Part shown: in pieces, positions 54,976 through 64,000 of the stretch | How positions within the stretch are numbered: position 1 is the stretch's first letter | Layout: every line of letters begins with the position of its first letter | From: Paramecium tetraurelia | Taxonomy: Eukaryota | NCBI GenBank assembly: GCA_000165425.1 | Contig: CT868658.1 | Coordinates: forward strand, 1 to 64,000 | Direction of reading: 5' to 3' | Length of the DNA stretch: 64,000 bases | Notes under the pieces: model-generated | Database searches by the model: none | What the model was told of the DNA's origin: nothing | What the model saw: only the letters and a program-made list of their open reading frames with translations | Position numbers and translations under genes: made by a program

Positions 54976-55559
54976 TCATTTTGTTCTGAGCACTTCAGTC
55001 TCAATTTTTCTTCTATTTGTCAATTTAGCTAGGTATTTCTCAAATTATTCAGCAGTAATGTCAACTGCATCATACCCTGCAACATTGTGAATTATTTCAT
55101 CGATATCCTTTTATGAAAAGTTGAGATGCAATTCATCTGAAATCTTTTTCAAATCATCCTTATCCAAGGTACCTTTACCATCAATATCCACCAATGTAAA
55201 GAGTTACTCTCTTCCTTTCTATTCAAATGTATTGCCCTAGAGGAATCTATGCTATCAAATTACCAACTTAGTTGTCAACTCTCTTACGAATTCTTCAAAA
55301 TCCACACCTCCATCTCCATGTTAATCAGAAACTTATGACAAAGTATTGGCTACTATTGGACTCTTCTCCACCAATCCCAAATGTTATGCTGTTATCATTA
55401 CATCCTTCAAATCAATTCTTCTTGTTCTTGGATCACAATACAAATTAAACAATCTGTAAAGTTCTAAGATGTGATCGTTTGTCAAAGTGGTATGATTTCT
55501 TCACCCAAGGCTTTTTAGAGTAAAGCGATCTCGTCTTTGTCCAAATTTTATTGATTCAT
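54976..55559 (-). CDS. Divergent centrin (infraciliary-lattice ICL-like EF-hand protein) with an apparent 1-nt frameshift near the 5' end
   Basis: ELYRLFNLYCD..IDLKDV, GDGGVDFEEF, DIDGKGTLDKDDL. ATG frame stops after ..GEEIIPL; the EF-hand frame needs one extra A at ~55500. Confidence 0.7.
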
Positions 55560-55635
55560 TAAATTAAAGATATTTTTAATATATATACATTCTAAACATT
55601 ATTTAATTTAAAATAATTACATTAGAACTAAATAA

Positions 55636-55956
55636 ATGGCATTATAACTTTAAAATAAACTTCAAGGAGTCCTAATGGTTTTTGAAGACACCTTCAGAAA
55701 CTCTCTGTATATGGAAATGGATCAATAGGAATTATAACAGAGAGCTGCTGATATGCTGAAATATCAGAAGGAATTAATGACTCTCATCGACTAAATGCCA
55801 GATATCGATGATTAGGTCTAAAAAACTAAATTATAGGAGTACTTTCTAGAAAAAGACATACAAATCGATAGACACAACCAATTAAAAAAAGAATTAAATG
55901 ATTTAAGTGAAATAGTAGATGTTAAAATTTAAGAATATTTCACTTAATAAAAATGA
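55636..55956 (+). CDS. Mediator subunit Med21 (Srb7)-like protein, 106 aa
   Basis: MALQLQNKLQGVLMVF..AADMLKYQKELMTLIDQMPDID + coiled coil parallels Med21 QLQDxVxxLxxQF..AxxIxxxxKxIxxLIDSLP. Confidence 0.55.
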
Positions 55957-55971
55957 TCAATTTTATATAAA

Positions 55972-57018
55972 TCATTAGTAAAAATTTTGCGTATAATTTC
56001 TAACATAATCTTATGAATTATAATCCGAATCTGATTCCTATTAATCGAAGTCTTCAACTACAAAGTGTACCTTTCTTGCTTTTCTTATCTTCTTTTGATG
56101 ATAATTTAAAAATAATTTTGTCATCAATCCTGGCACTTTAGTTATATCTTACTCTAAATTTGGATTCAATCTTAATATCTAATCAAAATCATCTATAAAT
56201 AAACTATGTGCCTTATCCACTATTATCGGAGATAATATATCGCAATATTTCTCAACAAATAACAAAACCTATAGAATATTTGTGATGTCCAATTTTGATA
56301 TAATATCCTCTTCACACTTCTATTTCAGATCCATTATCATATACTCATCTGCTAATAACATCAAATCACATGCATCTGCGATATTATCAGGGAACTAGCA
56401 AGATCATAATCTTATTTAAATACTTCTTTCCAATATCCACTATATATCCAACCTAGCATCAACTTAAATAATTCAGGCTTTTTGTATTCTACTTTTATGA
56501 TGTTCTATGTACTCTCCATCAGATTTGATGAAAACATTCCATTAAATTTAGGCGATCGACAAGACAATATGCATTTATGTAAGGGAAGCACCTAAATATG
56601 TATCTATTACAATCTTTACTATCTCATCATTAATCTTAAGGATGACATCACTAAATATTCCTCCTAAAAATAAATTTTATAATGAGGATTTCAAAGGATT
56701 TTACACCATCTAATTAAACTCATTGGTATGTATCACCTTAACTAAACTTGCAGTCATTATACTAGTCTCAGGCTAGATCATTAATTAATCAAATACTCTT
56801 ATGTCTCTTCCCAATGATTGAAATCGAAGTTATTTATAATTTAAACCTGTTATACCACAAAATTCTAAACTATAAGATAAAAAAGTTCGAGGCTTTGTAA
56901 TTGGTAATCTGATAGAATTGTTTTTTAGAATGATAACCTAATTCTTCGACGAATTCATTAAATCTTCCCCGGCTTCGAAAATTATATCTAACTAATCTGA
57001 TCCTCTCTTTTTTAACAT
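55972..57018 (-). CDS. BTB/POZ (SPOP-like BTB-BACK) protein
   Basis: FSDVILKI..LHKCILSCRSPKFNGMFSSNLMES, LMLGWIYSG, LADEYMIMDLKQKCE. C-terminal RKVHF. Confidence 0.9.
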
Positions 57019-57357
57019 TAATAATTCTAAAATATATAAAAATACTTTAATTTCATATATTTACTAATGATAATTCTTACATTAACTTCTTCTATTTTAC
57101 AAATTCTCTTAAAACAAATAGTATTTTAATCCTAATTTTAGTTGCAAGCTATGGATAATAAATAATAGGAAAAACAGTTTATGTATAATGATAGTAAAAT
57201 AAATTTGGTGTTTAAGGTTGAATGAATCAGTTCACCTATTTTATTTCTTTCAAGTAATTCATTAAGAGCATAATGAAGATAAGATAAAAAGATGAAGTTT
57301 TATTCGATAATAATAAATTTGGAATTACTTAATTTTCTATTAAAAATAATATAAAAA

Positions 57358-57652
57358 ATGTAGGATAGAGAAGCAATCAAAAATAAAATACTAGCCTGCT
57401 TTAAGGAAATTGATGAACAATATGAAGTTAATTCTTATTTTTTATAGATCCCTTTAGTCGTCAACAACAAAAATCGAAAATTCTATTGAACAAATGCCAG
57501 AATTCTAACAGAGTGATTAAGGGTTGGATAATACACCTAAGTTGTAATAGCAAAGCTAACCTTAACCTACTTAACCTAATGTTTCCTGCATAACTAACGA
57601 ACTTTCTAAATTGTCAGGTGATATTGTAGAGGCTTTAAAGTTTAAGTAATGA
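57358..57652 (+). CDS. Small hypothetical protein
   Basis: MQDREAIKNKILACFKEIDEQYE joined by a 31-nt intron (57427-57457) to SSTTKIEN..ELSKLSGDIVEALKFKQ*. Confidence 0.55.
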
Positions 57653-58003
57653 ATAGTAAAATAATATGAAAATTTTATATTTAGAAATATATACAAACTT
57701 TATTGCCCAATTGAATAATTCTGAGAAATAAAACTTAATTTTTCTTCTTTTTTTAATATTAACAAAATAGTATCTATATTTGTTTAACTTAATGGTGAAA
57801 ATGAAATGATTGTCAATTTTCTTGTAAAAAATCTTCTTCTATAATGTGAATCATATATCAAAGTATAGTAAATCAATTACATTTTAAAAATTAAGACTGA
57901 TACTTTATAGCAATATCTTACTATATAAGTAGAGTTGAAGTTGTATAAAATATTTAAAATTGGAAATTAATGTGCCTATATTTTTATAATAAAATAATTA
58001 TAA

Positions 58004-59331
58004 ATGCACTAATAATCTGTTCCAATTACAAGATTATAAAGAGAGTATCGTTTAAAACCACTTGAATTTTCATCTCCTCAAAAAGAAAATATTTAAAGAA
58101 TAGTTTCTAGATATCCTGAAAGTGCTGATTATAACAGCAATAGTGGTAAATACTAGACTAATCTATCATTGCCTGCACTACCTCCTTTAAAAAAGATGAA
58201 CAAAATAGAGTAGACAATTTCAATCTATAAGGGTAAGGCTAATCGTTTGCCATCTATATAATTTACTTCAAGTGAGTAGTAATTATAAAGAAAAAAGTAA
58301 ATTTAAGAAATCGATGGAATGAGAAAATCAATAACACCAGAGAAAAGATTGGGAAAGAGAAATTCCTTATTGTTTGCCATGAGAACTAAGGCTGGTTGTT
58401 AGCCAAATAAGGCTACAAAAATTAATTAAGATGCTGCAATAGTATGTCCAAAAAATGTAGAAAGGTAACACTCTATATATTAAGCATTAGTGTTGGATAT
58501 AAGTTGTTTGCAGTGTGTGATGGCCATGGATTAAATGGACATATGGTTTCAAATTAAATCAAATAGCAATTGCCTAAACATTTGGGTAGATTATTAAAGG
58601 ATGCAGAGAACATAGAGAATCAAATTCAAAAAGCATTTACAATAACTAATAGAGAACTTTGGAACTCTGAAATTGACACCAATCTTTCAGGTTCAACTAC
58701 AGTATCATTATTGATAACTAAGGACATTGTAATTTAAACATTCTAATTAAGATTTACTCAGCAAATGTAGGTGACTCAAGGGCAATAATGTGTAGATTTG
58801 ATGACGGTTGGAAAGTAGTTCCTTTGAGCAGAGATCATAAACCAGATGATTCAGAAGAGAAAAAAAAAATATTGGAGGCAGGAGGAAGAGTAGAATAATA
58901 AAAAGGTTTATTACTAATTAAATTAATAGATTTGTATGGAAACCCAATAGGACCATTTCGAGTGTGGCTTTCGTATATTTAAGCTCCAGGATTGGCAATG
59001 AGTAGGTCACTTGGAGACAAAGTAGGGGCTTAAGCAGGAGTAACTGCAGAACCAGAAATTAAACAGTATACTATAACTGGATAGGATCATTTTATTGTGG
59101 TGGCATCGGATGGGGTGTGGGAATACTTAAGCAATGAAGAGGTACTTTAAAATTCAATTAGGTCATGAGTATTGTTATTCCTTATTTGGAAAAAGACAAT
59201 CCAGAATAAGCAGCAGAACGTATAATAATAGAAGCAACCTAAGCATGGAGAAGAGTATATTTGATCATAAATTCTAGAATAGTTTAGCTAGAGACGACAT
59301 TACTTGTATAGTTATATTCTTATAAAAGTGA
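58004..59331 (+). CDS. Protein phosphatase 2C
   Basis: KINQD, VCDGHG, SGSTTV, ANVGDSRA, DHKP, GLAMSRSLGD, ASDGVWEYL, RDDITCIV. Confidence 0.94.
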
Positions 59332-59723
59332 AATAATAATTTATTATAATTTACATATTCTAAAGATCTCCAATGAATAATTCAATTTTTAATGTGTAAA
59401 AACTAATCTGGACACCTCTATATGTTGTTTAATTGTTTAAGATGAATCAAGCAAGTAACTGATTTTTTCTTAAAAAAAAGATATGTTATTTGGTTAAAAA
59501 TATTAGATTTTTCAGTTAACTTCAAAATTACATCGATGATTATAAAAGAAATTAAATAATGTTATAAAAGAAATTCATAATAAACATATGGTTATTCAAG
59601 GTGTTTCTTGATCATTCTAAATATCATACTACTCTCTTTAGATTAGAATAACTATTATAATATCAAAGATCTAATACCAGATTATGTTAATAAAAGTAAT
59701 TTAGATATATATAATTAATTAAA

Positions 59724-60853
59724 ATGAAATAATCAGCTTAACCTCCCCGCTCAACTTAATTTCGGGCAAACTCTCGAGAAGCCAGACTTAACTTTGCTTA
59801 ATAAGCGGAAATGAATCTTCGTGGAGATTTCAAACCTTAAGTACCTTTAGAGCCCTAAAGGCCTACTTAAAGAAGTAATAGTTATAGTCGAAACAATCCC
59901 AATCGTCCAGCTACTTAAGAGGAAATACGATCGGCTTTAACTCTACTCAAAGCCAAACGAGATAAGGATAGGAAATATTCTGAATTCACATAAGCTGTGC
60001 CAGATCAAGATATTTACTAGGCTCCTTCCTTAATGAAAGCTTAAAGTTATTAGCCTCAAGCAACTGCGTATGAAGATATTGTAGCAAAGGAGGATAAAAA
60101 ACCGATTGAAATCGATGAATACGAAAATGATGATGAGGAATTAATCGAATGTCCTGAAGGTTGCGGAAGGAAGTTTAAAAGGTCTGCTTTGTAAAAACAC
60201 ATTAAGATTTGCAAGAAGGTATTTCAAGAGAAGAGAAAAGCATTCGACACTAAGGAGCATCGGATACTCAATCCTGATCATGCTAAATTATTATAGAAAT
60301 AAGAGTAGGAAGATAAGATTTGTAATTATTGCATTTATTGAAGAGTAACAACAACAATAGAAAAAAAAATAAGCCTAACCTAAAATTGATGATAGACCAT
60401 TATAAGGTTAAAAAAAGCCTAAATGGAAACTGCAATCTGAATAGTTCAGAGCAGCAATGAAAATAAATAAAGGAGTACCACTTACCCAATAGGAACAAGT
60501 ACATGAATCACTAAGTCTAGGTTGCCATCGAAGAAGTGGATGACAGAGTATAGTGTGAGCATTGCGGCAGAAAATTTAATGAGCAAACAGCCTTGAAACA
60601 CATACCATCGTGTAAGGAAAAGGCTATGATAAATTCAATGAAGAAGAAATCTCAATAGATGTTACCACCATAACAGAATACTATTAAGTCTCAGTTTAAT
60701 GCAACTAACAATTTCCAAAAACAACAACAATAACCTTAATAATAAACCAATAATATCAGAAACAACGTTAACTTGAATGGAACAAACAATACATTCACAA
60801 GTACTTAAACTGCTTCAAGAAGGCCTCCTCCTTCTTCTTCAAAAAAATATTGA
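59724..60853 (+). CDS. ZC2HC1/FAM164-like C2HC zinc finger protein
   Basis: CPEGCGRKF..LQKHIKIC..KRKAFD, KWKLQSEQFRAAM, CEHCGRKFN..HIPSC. Confidence 0.88.
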
Positions 60854-61120
60854 ATATAATTAATTATATTTATAATTTATAATCGATTGAATTAAAGCAT
60901 TTGATTTAAGATTGTCTCTATGTTATTAGTATATTTGTCTATACACAAAAATATTAATAATTTATACATAAAATCAGTTATTTAGCTCCATATTTTTATT
61001 ATTATTTTTCAATATATTAAAATTTACTAGAGCTATCTGATTATTTTTACTGTTTATGTCATTCTTAAGATGTATTATCTACAATAAATTATCAATATCC
61101 ATATAAATAATTAATTATAA

Positions 61121-62174
61121 TCAGATTTGTTAAAAATGGTTTCTAAATTTGTTTGATTGATCCAATATCAAATTGTATTTCTCATTCATTCTAAGCAATC
61201 TCTCTAAGATGAATAATGATAAATATGATACAGTTTAAGTCTTCTCTGGATTGTCTTAAAAGGTCCACAATTTCCTTAGCTTCTTAAGATTGTGATCTAA
61301 TCGGACTCTTTACCTCTAATGTTGATTTTGGAGATGTTTGAGGTGATATCTGAGAATTTTGTGAAGTATTGAGATTTTTTAATGTATTCTTTGTTTTTAT
61401 AGATTTTTTTTCTTAAATCACTGTTTCGGACTTGGCAAATTTTTTGGTTGACTGTCTTTTTTCATAATTTGTTTTTGTTGCTTACAAATTTTATCTTGGC
61501 TAGATTTTCTTAGATGCAAGTTAGATATATTATTGTTCTACTACAATTTCTTTTTCCAGTTTGGCAATATCATTTAGTAATTGTTATTTCTTACTTTAAA
61601 ATTATAAATGAAAGGATTAATTCGATTAACTTACTTAGTTCTTAATAAGTTTATTTTTTGGTTAAGGTACTTGATCTATTGATGTTCTTCTAAAATGCTA
61701 TGAGCCTCTCGATATATCGATTAATTAAGATTGTGTTATTGAAGAATTAATCTATTATTTTTATGTTCCACTCTTTACAGCTCTCTTTTTGGATTCATAA
61801 AATTCTTTTTTTTTATTTTTTGCATTATCCTTAGATCTTTTTATTTGATCTTGAATAGTCTTTTGTCTTTCACAATAAGCTTTCTCTGCATCATCAGGAG
61901 CCATTTGACTATATGTGTAGCTTTTAAGTATCCTATCATCCTCACTTATTTACTGATTTTAGATTTCAGAAAATGCAGTGTGACTATTATAGAAAGCACT
62001 ATCAGCATAAATGTTAATAATCTTAGATGGAGATTACTCATTTTCCTCTAAGTATTTAAGAGGACTGATTTATTCCACTTGGTTTTGTGGTTATGACTAT
62101 TTCTATTTGATTCTTAATGCCGAACCAGTAGAGAATGCAGAACTCTGCACTTTAATCAAAGGAGAGGCTTACAT
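61121..62174 (-). CDS. Hypothetical coiled-coil protein
   Basis: MQASPLIKVQSS... code-6 frame with tiny introns, ends NHFQQI*. Internal junctions not all resolved. Confidence 0.55.
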
Positions 62175-62271
62175 ATTAAATTAACTTAATATTTATATAT
62201 AATTTGGTTATACTCTAATTGATGACCAAAACCGAAGGGTAACAAAAATTTATAGGTAAATATGTACATTA

Positions 62272-64000
62272 TCATAGTTCTGTAAATAGACTTTATTTCT
62301 CCTATTATCTGCCGGGATAGTAATGAGCAGGAGTTCTCTTTTTTATTTTACCAGCGTCTAAGTACTTTTTCTTTGCAAAGAATGCCAAAATAAGTAGGAT
62401 GACTCCAATTGCCAAGTATGTAAATTTAATGCCACCACCACTTGCTTTCTTTTGTGTAATCTGTACTTTTTTAGAAGGGACTTATGATTATTATGTTTCA
62501 TTCTCTTACTAATTTTATGGAGAAACATTTTCTTTTTTTGTAGTGGATGACTCCTCTTATTCACAATTAACTTCAATTGGACCCAAATACACTCTACATT
62601 TATATATTATAAATATAATACCCATCTTAGCATTCATCTCCTGAGATCTTTCTATACCCCTAACTTTTCAAATAAGTGCCTTTGCATTGTTTTGGTTTGA
62701 TCTCTCTCATTGGGACACAATTAGAATAGACATCTCTTTTGAATCCAACATCACATTCCCAATCAGCCTTTGAGCATGGACAACTTTCAGTCTAGACTGG
62801 CAGATTGGGCTCTTTGTTATAACATTATGCTCTCTGCTTTCTTCTAATATACTTTTCTCTTTTTCCAAATAAGCATTTGTCTCCAGCATAATTAGTTGGA
62901 TACCAGAATTCATAGTCAGAATCTTATTCTCCTGGATTATCAAATCCTTGACACTCTCTAACCATAATCTAATTGATGTCTAATGAAACAACTATTCCTT
63001 TCAATGCACTCGAAGTAAAATCATCTTCCTTAGCAACTCCAAGAGTTTTGCTGTCAGATATACCATGAAATATGAACTTACCATTTTTATATACAACATT
63101 AGTTATATCCATTGTAATATTCATCTTAATCTTCTTAAATGTTAGACCTTCATCCCAAGTATATAATATTTCACTTGCCTATTCTTCATCACTCACAAAT
63201 ACAATAAGTCCTGTATTTTCAGCAATATCATAAATGTGCATGCCATCCAATATTTCAAACCATGTGTGTCCTCCATCCCTACTTAAATAGGTCTTGTACT
63301 CATTCCCTAAATAAATTCCAGTGTTTCCAGTTCCAATTGTAATGTAAGAATGACTAACAATTCTATTCCTGGGTGCTTCACTCCTTCCTAATAGATGTAA
63401 TGAACAATCTCCATTGCATTGAATAGGCTATCCTTTATAATCGTATTTTGGAGCTTTGATAGCATGCCACTCTCCTCCTTACTCAAAAAGTAATTCTACT
63501 TTATTTATAATTTTCCAATCTTTTAATACCATCTGTATTTTTTGTAGATCTTCTCAACTTAAATTTCTCAAATTCAGTGTTATCATAAATATTAGCAATT
63601 GTATACGCTTAGGATGCGTGAGTTCTCAATAACAATTTCCAGTATCCAAACTCCTGACATTATTTAATAATGACAATGTATATTTGGTTCCACTTGTGTC
63701 ACTTTAATATATATTCATAATTTTTGGCATGTCCTCCAAATGAGATATCGATATAAAAATAGATCCATTGACAGTATCCAAAACAGTAAATGTGTATTTC
63801 TGATGATCTTCAATTGGCAACACCAATTCTACTGGAGTCAGACTTCCTTATTTAATTACTTCCAAATCATAGCCTTTGCTAAAAGGATCAGCGTCAATCA
63901 AAATAAATAGGTATTCTTTGGTCTAATAAAACCCATAAGAATTATTCCTCAATAATTAGGTAGTTTTGAAATAATCATCACTATAACTAACCTATACGTG
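62272..64000 (-). CDS. Sortilin/VPS10-domain sorting receptor (5' part outside window)
   Basis: CSLHLLG, TYLSRDGGHTW Asp-box, YTWDEG, 10CC CLFG..RRKQRAQC..CPCSKADWECDVGF, TM LAIGVILLILAFF, tail ..YYPGRQQEKQSLFTEL*. Confidence 0.92.

Overview
AT-rich, gene-dense ciliate macronuclear DNA, almost certainly Paramecium (aurelia-type). It uses genetic code 6 (TAA/TAG=Gln, only TGA stops), has tiny 20-31 nt GT-AG introns, and many intergenic spacers are <100 bp. The supplied ORF track uses the standard code and is largely misleading, so genes were re-read by hand in code 6. The window holds about 30 protein genes: a giant Cys-rich surface protein, RBR E3 ligase, MORN protein, kinesin-13, kinesin-9, RPB9, calcineurin A, DnaJ, Myb factor, CDP-DAG synthase, SCP phosphatase, LRR protein, acyl-CoA oxidase, two PP2Cs, several kinases, RbAp48-like WD40, DUSP, RING-Bbox-CC protein, ATP synthase gamma, Med21-like, BTB, ZC2HC1 and sortilin. 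It also holds a U3 snoRNA with a ciliate USE promoter element, tRNA-Leu(TAA), and several frameshifted decaying genes. Most notable: a non-canonical 24-nt intron in an otherwise intact calcineurin gene; divergent gene pairs with only 11-23 bp between start codons; an F-box protein that appears fused to a stand-alone dynein MTBD-like domain; two small proteins sharing an unnamed RYD..I..GK..[IV]xF motif with PP1-docking features; and a possible retained IES in a kinase pseudogene. Family calls come from remembered motifs, not database searches.
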